Of a DNA stretch of 64,000 bases, positions 19,865 through 28,728 are shown one piece after another (positions within the stretch are counted from its first letter, which is position 1; each line of letters opens with the position of its first letter). A model generated the notes under the pieces. The model did not search any database and was not told the origin of the DNA. It was given only the letters and a program-made list of their open reading frames with translations. The translations under genes were made by a program, and so were the position numbers. Source of the stretch: a virus; IMG/VR virus record IMGVR_UViG_3300020420_000012, positions 17,636 to 81,635 of that record. One strand, given 5' to 3'.

Positions 19865-20997
19865 TTATCTAACACTCTTAATAATACTGTATCTTTATTG
19901 ATACGACCGTTAGGTACAAACGTTTTTGTTGTTATATCTTTCCAAGCTTCATCAATTTGCTTTGGCGTTTTTGATAAGAAGATTGGTAAGTAACTATCAG
20001 GCTTACGTAAAGTTACTGCTCTACTTGTCGCCTTGTTAAAGTTCTTTATTGTAGAACCTGATATAACAAATCCATTTGGACTATCTGTTACGTATTCGGT
20101 AACAACTTTGTACTTACAATTAAATGTATATAACCTTGTATTGTTTGGTACTTGTATTGGATTTATCGATTTAATTTTAAAATCATTATCTTCTTTCTTG
20201 TATTGTACCTTTGATACTTGTTTATCGATTGCTACAGAACCTTTAACCTTTACGTTACGAGATGCTTTACTTGCAGACTTAATTCTATCTAGATCAGAAA
20301 GCATCTCTTTACAAACTTTAATTCTACGGTTGAGTTCTGATCTTTTAAGGTGGGAGTAACCTTCAACTGCCTGATCGCATCTTTTATGATACGCATCTTC
20401 ATAATCTAACAACCAGCCCTCAACCGTAACTTTAACAGGACCTACCGCAGCACCCGTTAATCCATGAAACTTAAATCTATCATACAAGTTAATTTCAGTT
20501 TCTTTACCATCAATCCAAGCATCTTCTAAATCAAGAAGCTCTTGCATTATAGTATTATTAATCTTTCTAATTAACTTTACAGTAGGTGATATTGAAACAA
20601 CTTTTGTTTCTTGTTTTTTATTATTATATAACTCCTTACCTGAATCAATAAGTGGAATGATATAATCAAATAATGAATTAAGATATTCTTTGGCTTTATC
20701 TCTACCAAGATCATTATTTTTATATAGATCGTTATTATACCAAAATGCAGTAGCCGCATGATGAGACATAGTAAACTTCCACTCTGGATGACTTAATATA
20801 TACTTTGACGGTTCAGGAAAGTTCTTCTTGATCCAAGTTTTAATTTGACTGATACAATCTTTTCTGTCAACTTCTAGATGAAAGTAATCTTTTACTGACT
20901 CAAATCCTTTTTCGATTGGCACACCGGCCAAACCTGTACGAGCTCTTGCTCTGATTTTCTTTTTAGTTCTTTTACCTTTTAATGCTGTCAAACTCAT
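19861..20997 (-). CDS. Hypothetical phage protein
   Basis: 378-aa ORF translationally coupled to gp33; C-terminal TLRKP...NGRINKDTVLL. Confidence 0.6.
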   Translation of the reverse strand: MSLTALKGKRTKKKIRARARTGLAGVPIEKGFESVKDYFHLEVDRKDCISQIKTWIKKNFPEPSKYILSHPEWKFTMSHHAATAFWYNNDLYKNNDLGRDKAKEYLNSLFDYIIPLIDSGKELYNNKKQETKVVSISPTVKLIRKINNTIMQELLDLEDAWIDGKETEINLYDRFKFHGLTGAAVGPVKVTVEGWLLDYEDAYHKRCDQAVEGYSHLKRSELNRRIKVCKEMLSDLDRIKSASKASRNVKVKGSVAIDKQVSKVQYKKEDNDFKIKSINPIQVPNNTRLYTFNCKYKVVTEYVTDSPNGFVISGSTIKNFNKATSRAVTLRKPDSYLPIFLSKTPKQIDEAWKDITTKTFVPNGRINKDTVLLRVLDK

Positions 20998-21239
20998 AAA
21001 TTATTCTCCCTTATATAATTACCGACTGCGCCTTTAACTATGTTAGGGTACTCACCTAAGTAAGTACCTGCTACTAACATATCCTTTGTTAATAAGTATT
21101 TGTGCATATGCTGAATGTTATCCCAGTTATCTAAGATTTCTTTTGCTAATGCATCAAATTCAAAATCTTCTATTAGTGGCTTATCCATTTCATAATAAGC
21201 ATAAGCACACATTAAATATTTTGCGATAGGATTTTTCAT
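20994..21239 (-). CDS. Stand-alone protein resembling NAD-dependent DNA ligase domain Ia
   Basis: AYAYYEMDKPLIEDFEFDALAK resembles the LigA YY..D.P.ISD.EYD motif. Confidence 0.55.
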   Translation of the reverse strand: MKNPIAKYLMCAYAYYEMDKPLIEDFEFDALAKEILDNWDNIQHMHKYLLTKDMLVAGTYLGEYPNIVKGAVGNYIRENNL

Positions 21240-21448
21240 TACGTACGTATCGCCTTTAATGATACGTTGCTGATATCGTCATAAGTGCGAATAGTGAAGA
21301 TCTGATCATCATTATCCATCTTGCCTATAGTATAGTTTTGGATAGCAATATCAATCGACTTCTTTTCGGTCTTAGCCTGACCTGAATAGAATGACTTGCC
21401 ATCTAATGACTTATCTGATGCTGTAACGACTGTGAAATATTTAGACAT
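21239..21448 (-). CDS. Hypothetical early protein
   Basis: GGGAG Shine-Dalgarno; directly downstream of an early promoter. Confidence 0.6.
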   Translation of the reverse strand: MSKYFTVVTASDKSLDGKSFYSGQAKTEKKSIDIAIQNYTIGKMDNDDQIFTIRTYDDISNVSLKAIRT

Positions 21449-21478
21449 ATTGAACTCCCTTTTTTATTATATACTTAT

Positions 21479-21507
21479 ATTCTACCATACTTTTTAGTAA
21501 ATGTACA
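21479..21507 (-). promoter_or_regulatory. Phage early (sigma70-type) promoter
   Basis: TGTACA-N17-TAGAAT with TGG extended -10 and an upstream A-tract. Confidence 0.75.
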
Positions 21508-21550
21508 CCTTTTTTTTCACTTTTTTTAATTTTTGTTATTAACATGTTAA

Positions 21551-21913
21551 CTAGTTTCTACGCATTGTTGCATATTCTTTTGCATCTGCGTTCTTACTTA
21601 CAGGCACCATGTTTGATTTATGCATGGTAGCAATACCTGTTATAAAAGTGCCAGTGTAAGTATTTGATTTAGACTTACCAACAATAGGACCCGTATAGTC
21701 ACTTGTTGGTAGAGCTCGTGAATGCTCCTTATAATTAGGAGCTTTAATACCTGCATTCTTAGTTTTATTTTTTAACTGTGATGGATGTACACCACGCTTC
21801 ATTAACCAAGCATCATGTTCTGCTTGTGCTTTTTGCCAGCCGGCTTTACGAAAAGTTTTACGCTTTTTACTATTGTTATTGTTGTAATATACTGGCATTA
21901 AGTGCATTGTCAT
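21551..21913 (-). CDS. Hypothetical protein
   Basis: ORF with a YTG..ITGIATMHKSNMVPV motif; downstream of an early promoter. Confidence 0.6.
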   Translation of the reverse strand: MTMHLMPVYYNNNNSKKRKTFRKAGWQKAQAEHDAWLMKRGVHPSQLKNKTKNAGIKAPNYKEHSRALPTSDYTGPIVGKSKSNTYTGTFITGIATMHKSNMVPVSKNADAKEYATMRRN

Positions 21914-21941
21914 AATATAATCCTTTTTTTATTATACTTAT

Positions 21942-21970
21942 ATTTTACCATAGTTTTTCGTAATTGTAAA
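21942..21970 (-). promoter_or_regulatory. Phage early promoter
   Basis: TTTACA-N17-TAAAAT. Confidence 0.6.
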
Positions 21971-22130
21971 GGAAAAAAATCAAAATTATTGAAATAATTA
22001 TCACAATAGAGAATCTAAACATAAATCCTACTATTGCGACAATTGTACCAACAAGAATAGCACCAGCTACTGCGAAGAAGAGGAGTTGAAAAAATAGTGG
22101 TGCCAGTTCTTGTATCTCTACAAAGGTCAT
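21945..22130 (-). CDS. Small membrane protein
   Basis: Two hydrophobic segments; coupled to its upstream ORF. Confidence 0.5.
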   Translation of the reverse strand: MTFVEIQELAPLFFQLLFFAVAGAILVGTIVAIVGFMFRFSIVIIISIILIFFLYNYEKLW

Positions 22131-22411
22131 GTTCTATACCTTTGTATTTCATCAGGTCCAGAATTATTTGATAATTCTGGACTTTTATTCTTTAAGAAAC
22201 TAATCTCTTCATTAAGTTCTTTAATTCTCTTATACAAAGCGTACTTCTCTTTAGTTTCTTCTGCTAACTGCTTTTTTAGTAAATCTATCTTAGTGGATAG
22301 TTCCATCGGGTTCGTCATCATCAAACTCCTCCAGCTTAAATATAAATTCCATACCGTTATCATTATGAGCTTGATGAACCATTTCACCGAGCTGATAATC
22401 ATCACCTTCAA
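22127..22411 (-). CDS. Small coiled-coil protein (true start probably downstream, near 22318)
   Basis: LLKKQLAEETKEKYALYKRIKEL heptad pattern. Confidence 0.45.
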   Translation of the reverse strand: MKVMIISSVKWFIKLIMITVWNLYLSWRSLMMTNPMELSTKIDLLKKQLAEETKEKYALYKRIKELNEEISFLKNKSPELSNNSGPDEIQRYRT

Positions 22412-22496
22412 CGGTAAAAATTATTTCATTTTCATCGTTAAATTTTTTAGCGGTTGCTTTTTTGAAATCAATTATATTAGATTTTTTTCTAGACAT
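22290..22496 (-). CDS. Hypothetical early protein
   Basis: AGGAG Shine-Dalgarno downstream of an early promoter; acidic C-terminus. Confidence 0.55.
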   Translation of the reverse strand: MSRKKSNIIDFKKATAKKFNDENEIIFTVEGDDYQLGEMVHQAHNDNGMEFIFKLEEFDDDEPDGTIH

Positions 22497-22525
22497 TAAA
22501 ACTCCTAATTTTTTATTATAGTTAT

Positions 22526-22554
22526 ATTATACACTACTTTTAAGTGAATGTACA
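22526..22554 (-). promoter_or_regulatory. Phage early promoter
   Basis: TGTACA-N17-TATAAT. Confidence 0.75.
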
Positions 22555-22565
22555 CAAAAAAGTGT

Positions 22566-22967
22566 TTAACCTGTTAAATGTTTTGCATGAATTCTACAAC
22601 CTATAAAGTTGTTGTAGTAATCATCTCTAAACAATACATTGTGATCAAACTGAAGCTTTGCTTCATAGTAAGACATTTCGCCTTTTGTTTTACAGAGTTT
22701 TAATATTTCACGCTTAAATCTTTCTTTTCCATGTTGTTCCACGAGTTGGCGTACTTCATTTGATGATCCATAATAATCTTTCCAGTCTGATTCAACACGC
22801 GTTCGTACACGTCTCTTACGTGTCTTATTGACGGGAAGAACTTTAGGTTTCCAGAAGTTCTTCTTTCCAATATACTTTTTGTTGTTATGAATTTCTGTGA
22901 GTTGATATACAAACCCTTGATAGTCTTCTGGTGTTACTTCAAATAATTCATTATTATAATACCACAT
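22566..22967 (-). CDS. GIY-YIG family nuclease-like protein
   Basis: GFVYQLT...KKYIGKK...YYGSS...YYEAKLQF...YYN. Confidence 0.75.
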   Translation of the reverse strand: MWYYNNELFEVTPEDYQGFVYQLTEIHNNKKYIGKKNFWKPKVLPVNKTRKRRVRTRVESDWKDYYGSSNEVRQLVEQHGKERFKREILKLCKTKGEMSYYEAKLQFDHNVLFRDDYYNNFIGCRIHAKHLTG

Positions 22968-22975
22968 AAAGTTAT

Positions 22976-24229
22976 TTATTCTTTTTTATAGACAGCACCT
23001 CGTAATGCCAATGGGCTTGTCGCTTGTAATATTGGTGTATTGATACCAACAGGCAAAGGTTTTGTTGGCTCAAATTTTGGCAACAGTGGTAATAATATTA
23101 GAAAATGAAAGAAGTAATATCCTGTTGCTAATCTACTTAACGTAACATATATTCCTTCAGCTGGCATTGCACCGAGATATCCAAGTGCTATACAGTCAAT
23201 AAACAATATCCAAAAGAATATTTTATATAAAGGTCTAAAATTTGAACTACGTATAGGCTGTCTGTCAAGCCAAGGTAAAATAAAAAGTACTACTATTGCA
23301 CCAAACATTAATAGTACACCGCCTAATTTATCAGGTACCGCACGCAGTATAGCATAAAAAGGTAAAAAGTACCATTCAGGTACAATGTGTGCGGGTGTAA
23401 CCATTGGATTTGCTGGTATGTAATTATCAGGATGACCCATAAAATTAGGAAAGAAAAACACTGCTGCTGCGAAAAATGTTAAGAATATACCTAGTCCAAA
23501 TAAATCTTTTATAGTATAATATGGGTGAAACGGTATAGTGTCTTGTTTTCCTTTAACATCAATACCTATAGGATTATTAGAACCAAATCTGTGTAATGCT
23601 ACTAAGTGTAATATTACAGTGCCAACTATTACGAAAGGTAACACAAAGTGTAAACTAAAAAATCTATTTAACAATGCGTTATCAACACTAAATCCTCCCC
23701 ATAGCCATGTAACGAATTGTTCACCTACCAGTGGTATTGCACTAAACAAGTTTGTTATTACTGTAGCACCCCAAAAACTCATTTGACCCCACGGCAGTAC
23801 ATAACCCATAAATGCAGTTGCCATCATTAATAGTAATATAAAAACGCCAAGAATCCAAAGAAGTTCACGCGGTGCTTTATATGAACCATAATACAGTCCA
23901 CGAAATATATGTATGTACGTAACTATAAAGAAGAAGCTAGCACCATTCATATGAATGTATCTTATTAACCAACCGTGATTTACATCTCTCATTATTCTTT
24001 CAACTGAATCAAACGCATAGTCTACATGAGCAGTATAATGCATACTTAATACTATACCAGTTACAATCATAATTACAAGGGATATGCCTGCTAAAGAACC
24101 AAAGTTCCAAAAATAATTTAAATTTTTTGGTGTAGGATATTCGTTAAGTTCGTGATTCATAAACGTAAATATGCCAAGCCTATGATCTATCCAATTAACT
24201 ACAGGATTTTTAAATTTAGTTTTTGCCAT
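22976..24229 (-). CDS. petB: Cytochrome b of the cytochrome bc1 complex (auxiliary metabolic gene)
   Basis: [20 protein letters not shown]...[37 protein letters not shown]...ILHL and PEWY are all intact; 417 aa, unsplit. Confidence 0.97.
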   Translation of the reverse strand: MAKTKFKNPVVNWIDHRLGIFTFMNHELNEYPTPKNLNYFWNFGSLAGISLVIMIVTGIVLSMHYTAHVDYAFDSVERIMRDVNHGWLIRYIHMNGASFFFIVTYIHIFRGLYYGSYKAPRELLWILGVFILLLMMATAFMGYVLPWGQMSFWGATVITNLFSAIPLVGEQFVTWLWGGFSVDNALLNRFFSLHFVLPFVIVGTVILHLVALHRFGSNNPIGIDVKGKQDTIPFHPYYTIKDLFGLGIFLTFFAAAVFFFPNFMGHPDNYIPANPMVTPAHIVPEWYFLPFYAILRAVPDKLGGVLLMFGAIVVLFILPWLDRQPIRSSNFRPLYKIFFWILFIDCIALGYLGAMPAEGIYVTLSRLATGYYFFHFLILLPLLPKFEPTKPLPVGINTPILQATSPLALRGAVYKKE

Positions 24230-24420
24230 TAAAAGTCTACGTCTATTCCATTTATACTATAAGTCTTACCGTTGAAACCTTTATCCATCTTTTCTTTATC
24301 AGTCATGTTGTCACTGTTAATTCTTTTCCAAGGATTGAACTTCTTCTGCTTCTGCTCTCCTACCACAGATCGGGCAAAAAACAGGTTTTTGATATGATGC
24401 CACATAAGAAGTTTCATCAC
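24229..24420 (-). CDS. Hypothetical protein
   Basis: Overlaps both neighbours at start/stop codons within the nrdJ-cytb operon. Confidence 0.5.
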   Translation of the reverse strand: MMKLLMWHHIKNLFFARSVVGEQKQKKFNPWKRINSDNMTDKEKMDKGFNGKTYSINGIDVDF

Positions 24421-24632
24421 ATTCTTCGCAATCTATCTGGTAATCTTTCAAGAATTTTCTTCTTTCTTTTTAAACTTGCTGTTGACCATTCCGCTATCTC
24501 TTGTGTCGATCTGCCACAGCCAATACAAAAATTGTCTTGTAGAGTGCAAATCTTTATACAAGGTGAAACGACTTTAGAAATCGATTTCACAGGCGCCACC
24601 TGCGCAGGCGGCTGCAGCGAGTGTATCAACAT
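24417..24632 (-). CDS. DUF1289-like Cys-rich (putative Fe-S) protein; start uncertain
   Basis: SPCIKICTL...CIGCGRS..EIAEW motif. Confidence 0.7.
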   Translation of the reverse strand: MLIHSLQPPAQVAPVKSISKVVSPCIKICTLQDNFCIGCGRSTQEIAEWSTASLKRKKKILERLPDRLRRM

Positions 24633-26787
24633 CGGTATACTTTCTTTCTTTAATATCTTCTTTCCAATCTACTGTCATAAGTGTCGATTGTATCTTATTC
24701 CACTTATGAAGTAGATACGCATCCTTTAAACAATGCTCAGCTAATGTTGTATCTGATTTTAAATAATTATCAGCAAACTTTCCAAACCTTCTTATCCAAT
24801 CTCTTTTAAGAGCATTTTCAGAAGTTTCTAGAGATATATCTTCACCAAACCCTTTTGCGGTTGAACACGCATCCCATAAGTTATTAAAACATTTTAAGGC
24901 GTCCACGACCATACCTGACGCAAATACTGCTGCATCACCATATTTCTTCACCATATCTTTTGAAGTAATGACTGCCGTGTTTGGAGCTTGATTATAATCT
25001 TTATCACCACTCATAGATAAAAATGAAATACCAGCAAAAGAATCTCTGTTTTCAAAAACATATCTTTCAACATCATCCCAATTATCAACTATTATAGTAT
25101 TTGAAACATTATGCCTAACGCCACTGTCTGCGCATAAATCTTCATTTGTGCCAGCTTCAACCCAATGTTTTTGAGCTTTCTTTACAAGTTCCAAATGTTT
25201 TATACCTAGTAAGTCATCTTTATACAAAGAACCTTTTTTTGGTAGTATAGGAAAAGAAACAACAACATCAGTGCCACCAGCAGACCATACTGAATCTTCT
25301 ACCATATAAGGATTGGTCTTCATAATAGCTTGAGTTATTTCTGATTCTTTATTCATTTGTACGTTTCTTATATACATGTCAGAATGCTCAGCATGAATGC
25401 CAGATGCAGTTTGTAATAATACAGAAGCATTACCACTTGGCTTTACACACGTAGTTCTTGCTGCAGGATTGATTTTAATAATCATGGCAACTTCTCTATT
25501 TACTTCTTTAACTATCTTTGCGCCTTTTTCTAATATTTTTTCGTTAAATAAAATATCAGGATTATTCATCCATCCAGTAATTGAAACTCCAAGTAACGCT
25601 TCTCTATCAAAGATAAGTTTTGATGTGTCAGTTAAAAACTTAAAGTCAGTGTACCCTGCTTGTAGGGTACCGAGGATAGACGCTGCTCGACATGCCTTAT
25701 AAAAGTCTTCCTCGGTATTGCATTTGCCTCCGTTGATTTCAGTCAGGTTACAGCCTTGCCAACCTGACTTTTTATTAATCTGAGGATACATACCAATCTC
25801 AACACATGGATTAGTTGTATGCTCTTTTGATTCAACAAAGACGAATCCGGGTTCGCCAAATTGTTTGACAGATTCCATAATCTTGCCAAACTCTTCAGGT
25901 GTAGTCTTGTCTCTAACAATAACTGCAGAGTTGTTTGACCTACCTCTTTGCGGATTTTCCATAAACCAATTCCCAGTTTTTGCGTTCAACATCTGTTCGT
26001 CATCTGGTGAGAATAAACATATTGTTGCAGATCTTCTTACACCACCGGATAATACAGCATCTGCTGCATGCATAGTGATATCATATGCATCAATAGGTTT
26101 GATTTCTATTGGTTCTTTGGAATCTAATACAATACCTTGTAATAAATGTTCTATCTTGTCTAAGGACCTACGTAAACCGTTCGGTCCTGGTGCTTTAAAT
26201 CCACCTGATATATAAGCACCCTTTGGTCTTATTTGTGATAAATCGAAATAAACTCTTCTTCCTTCGTATTCTGGATATTTACCTCCTCCAACAAAAAAAG
26301 AAGACATTAATATGTCTAATGCTGAAGCCCAACCTTCAATTGAATCTTCAACTATGTAACCTTTCGCTTGCTTTGTTCTATTTTGAATTTTTGGTAATTT
26401 TTTAATATGATGCTTTTGGACAGAGAAACCTGCACCAGCACCGCATAATAAAATATAAAACACTTCTCCAAAGAATGCTGGTCTGTCGACATAAGAAGAC
26501 GTACAGTTATACATTCTCATTTGATGTTTCATTAATTGCTCGCCGCCAAACTGTAGAGCGCGTTGCGCACCAAGAACTCTTTGTTCTTTATAAGCTGTAC
26601 GCGCCTCATCTAAGTAAGTAGCTAATTCATTATTATAGTTAATATAATTTTCGTCGTGCATGTTTATAACACGATCGACAGCCTCATCCCAAGTTTCATA
26701 TCTACCATCATCATCTTTAAATCTAGAATATCCTTCATAAAACTTAGTTTGAGACAAAAAATCTCTTGTGTCAACTTGTTGTTGCAT
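24574..26787 (-). CDS. nrdJ: Class II (B12-dependent) ribonucleotide reductase, monomeric RTPR type
   Basis: ETWDEAVDR, YNCT, GGVRRSA, NPCVEI (catalytic), CNLTEIN, TCVKPSGNAS, C-terminal CAGGACEI; no small-subunit gene adjacent. Confidence 0.9.
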   Translation of the reverse strand: MQQQVDTRDFLSQTKFYEGYSRFKDDDGRYETWDEAVDRVINMHDENYINYNNELATYLDEARTAYKEQRVLGAQRALQFGGEQLMKHQMRMYNCTSSYVDRPAFFGEVFYILLCGAGAGFSVQKHHIKKLPKIQNRTKQAKGYIVEDSIEGWASALDILMSSFFVGGGKYPEYEGRRVYFDLSQIRPKGAYISGGFKAPGPNGLRRSLDKIEHLLQGIVLDSKEPIEIKPIDAYDITMHAADAVLSGGVRRSATICLFSPDDEQMLNAKTGNWFMENPQRGRSNNSAVIVRDKTTPEEFGKIMESVKQFGEPGFVFVESKEHTTNPCVEIGMYPQINKKSGWQGCNLTEINGGKCNTEEDFYKACRAASILGTLQAGYTDFKFLTDTSKLIFDREALLGVSITGWMNNPDILFNEKILEKGAKIVKEVNREVAMIIKINPAARTTCVKPSGNASVLLQTASGIHAEHSDMYIRNVQMNKESEITQAIMKTNPYMVEDSVWSAGGTDVVVSFPILPKKGSLYKDDLLGIKHLELVKKAQKHWVEAGTNEDLCADSGVRHNVSNTIIVDNWDDVERYVFENRDSFAGISFLSMSGDKDYNQAPNTAVITSKDMVKKYGDAAVFASGMVVDALKCFNNLWDACSTAKGFGEDISLETSENALKRDWIRRFGKFADNYLKSDTTLAEHCLKDAYLLHKWNKIQSTLMTVDWKEDIKERKYTDVDTLAAAACAGGACEIDF

Positions 26788-26821
26788 TTTTTTCCTCTAT
26801 CTAATTTTTGATTGTATAGTT

Positions 26822-26850
26822 ATTATATATTAAAAACAGGTTTTTGTAAA
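26822..26850 (-). promoter_or_regulatory. Phage early promoter driving the nrdJ-cytb operon
   Basis: TTTACA-N17-TATAAT. Confidence 0.65.
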
Positions 26851-26854
26851 GGCA

Positions 26855-27073
26855 TTAATCATCATTTTTTGAAAAATATTTTTCAATCATTTCAATTCTA
26901 TCATGCGCTGCAGACATCTTATCGAGTTCTGCGATAACTGCCTCAGTTACATCACTGTGTTCACCTATACCAGCCGGCATAGTTTGATATACTTTTATGT
27001 TTGCTTTATGTACTTCAAGTTCTCCTTCAGCTTGTTTCTTAGCTGCAAATAATAAATGATCGCCTGCTTTCAT
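26855..27073 (-). CDS. Hypothetical phage protein
   Basis: HKANI..Y...PAGIGEH.D motif, recalled from marine phage proteins. Confidence 0.6.
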   Translation of the reverse strand: MKAGDHLLFAAKKQAEGELEVHKANIKVYQTMPAGIGEHSDVTEAVIAELDKMSAAHDRIEMIEKYFSKNDD

Positions 27074-27074
27074 T

Positions 27075-27659
27075 TTAGTCTCCTATTTTTGCGTTCACGT
27101 CTCTATGTTTATTCCAAGCTACAAACCCACCGAGTCTTAATGCCCAGTAAGCAAGATAGTTTAAGAAATAAAAACCATTTACTTCAATATTAATGTCTCT
27201 AAATGTTTTATCCATCCATTTTTGAGTCTTAATACCTATTGTCTTTTTGTTTTTTAACAACAATGTTTCATACTTATATCCATAATCATGTATGAGACCG
27301 CCAATTAATAATACACCAACTGGTGATAAAAATTGACCTAAAAATTTTGGCACACTAGCACCATCAAATTTAAATCCTTTTGGTATTATAAAATTATTAC
27401 CATTCATTGAATAATTAAAGTCTTTTACTACTTCCCAATGTCTTGAACTAAACGACCATAATAATAATGCACCCCAAAAACCTTTTCCTTTAGTTGCAAT
27501 AGGAATAGGTTTCATGTGTGGAAATTCTTTATATTTAAAATTTACTCTATTATCTATTTTCTTATCAAATAGATTGATTATGAATCCAATAATTACTAGT
27601 ATAATAAAAACTGTCATTGGCCAAAATTGAGTGGCTAGACCTAAAATTAAATCTGTCAT
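27075..27659 (-). CDS. DUF1353-like protein with N-terminal TM segment
   Basis: IPKGFKFDGASVP...LIHDYGY...ALRLGG. Confidence 0.75.
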   Translation of the reverse strand: MTDLILGLATQFWPMTVFIILVIIGFIINLFDKKIDNRVNFKYKEFPHMKPIPIATKGKGFWGALLLWSFSSRHWEVVKDFNYSMNGNNFIIPKGFKFDGASVPKFLGQFLSPVGVLLIGGLIHDYGYKYETLLLKNKKTIGIKTQKWMDKTFRDINIEVNGFYFLNYLAYWALRLGGFVAWNKHRDVNAKIGD

Positions 27660-27895
27660 TTTTTACTCCTCATTTGTTCTTGCATCTCTAACGCTGATTC
27701 GTTATCAATGCATGCAATTTCTACTAACTTCATATTAGGAAATTTAAGTTTAATGCCAGCTTTTACATATTGATTATAAGTTTTAAGATATTCGACACAT
27801 TCTTCTTTTGTGTTAAAAATAAAATTTTGATTTATTTTAAAACTAATTAAATCTGTATTTGGATATGTTAAAGCTGCTATTAAAAACCAAATCAT
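27656..27895 (-). CDS. Hypothetical exported protein
   Basis: Hydrophobic N-terminus; two Cys. Confidence 0.5.
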   Translation of the reverse strand: MIWFLIAALTYPNTDLISFKINQNFIFNTKEECVEYLKTYNQYVKAGIKLKFPNMKLVEIACIDNESALEMQEQMRSKK

Positions 27896-28044
27896 TGCTT
27901 TTCCTTTTTAATTAACCATTTTATACCATTATTATTATGTGTTACGACTTCTTCTATAACTTCAAGTTTGTTTTCAATTTTATTAACTTTTATCTCATCC
28001 CATAACATGTTGGCAATTAATGATGCCACAATTGATTCAAACAT
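27892..28044 (-). CDS. Small hypothetical protein (50 aa)
   Basis: Hand translation MFESIVASLIANMLWDEIK...; overlaps both neighbours at start/stop codons. Confidence 0.45.
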   Translation of the reverse strand: MFESIVASLIANMLWDEIKVNKIENKLEVIEEVVTHNNNGIKWLIKKEKQ

Positions 28045-28403
28045 TATTTATTCTCTTTTGGTTTTACTGCTTGTTCATAGTAAAATATAACTTCTTTTTG
28101 TTGTTCTATATATCTCTTTATTTCTTCAAAGTTAAGTGCTAAATTTTTAAAAGATGCTGGATCTAATCCATATATTACAAACTCACCCATACCGGCTTTT
28201 ACCTTTTTAATAACTTCAGGTAGGTTTTTTTCAGTTATTACAATAATTTTTGCTTCTAACATTTTAACTGCTTTTGGCCTTTGAGCAATTGCAATGGTTG
28301 GTGTTATTACTTTCTCAACAGTAACAATTTCTTTTTCTGGTTTCCAACTACAACTACTTAGTAGCAGTGTTGATACCATTAAACATGTTAACAACTTCTT
28401 CAT
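28044..28403 (-). CDS. Outer-membrane lipoprotein, probable o-spanin
   Basis: Lipobox LLSSC; overlaps the i-spanin-like gene. Confidence 0.65.
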   Translation of the reverse strand: MKKLLTCLMVSTLLLSSCSWKPEKEIVTVEKVITPTIAIAQRPKAVKMLEAKIIVITEKNLPEVIKKVKAGMGEFVIYGLDPASFKNLALNFEEIKRYIEQQKEVIFYYEQAVKPKENK

Positions 28404-28728
28404 TTATTTTCTTTTCTGATGCTATTGGATCTGCAATACTATTTTTTATTATATCAGTTTTTGCAAGTATATTTGCAATCTTTTTATTATTTTCTTCAGC
28501 AATAGTTAACTTGTTATTTAAGTCTTTAGTTAACTTAATTTGATTTTCCATATTTTCTTTGAGAGCTTTAATTGTCGAATCTTTTGCTTTGACTGCAACT
28601 TCAAGTTTTGCATTATTATCTCTTAATACAGACATTCGTTGCATAGTATCATTATATATGTAATATGCACCATATCCTATACCGCCTAAAATAATTAGAA
28701 TAAAAATTAAAATATAGAGCCTAGCCAT
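28354..28728 (-). CDS. Probable i-spanin
   Basis: N-terminal TM followed by a long coiled coil; overlapping lipoprotein gene downstream. Confidence 0.65.
   Translation of the reverse strand: MARLYILIFILIILGGIGYGAYYIYNDTMQRMSVLRDNNAKLEVAVKAKDSTIKALKENMENQIKLTKDLNNKLTIAEENNKKIANILAKTDIIKNSIADPIASEKKINEEVVNMFNGINTATK

Noticed and set aside
22566-22967. GIY-YIG gene as an intron-encoded homing endonuclease
   Set aside because: The flanking genes are intact, no group I intron features are seen, and the protein has no evident C-terminal DNA-binding extension.
22976-24229. Cytochrome b as mitochondrial or host contamination
   Set aside because: Standard TGG Trp codons, bacterial-length insertions, no flanking petA/petC, and seamless overlap with phage genes. 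A read-level check is still advisable.
24574-26787. Intein or intron in the RNR
   Set aside because: Continuous 737-aa ORF of normal size with no splicing motifs seen.
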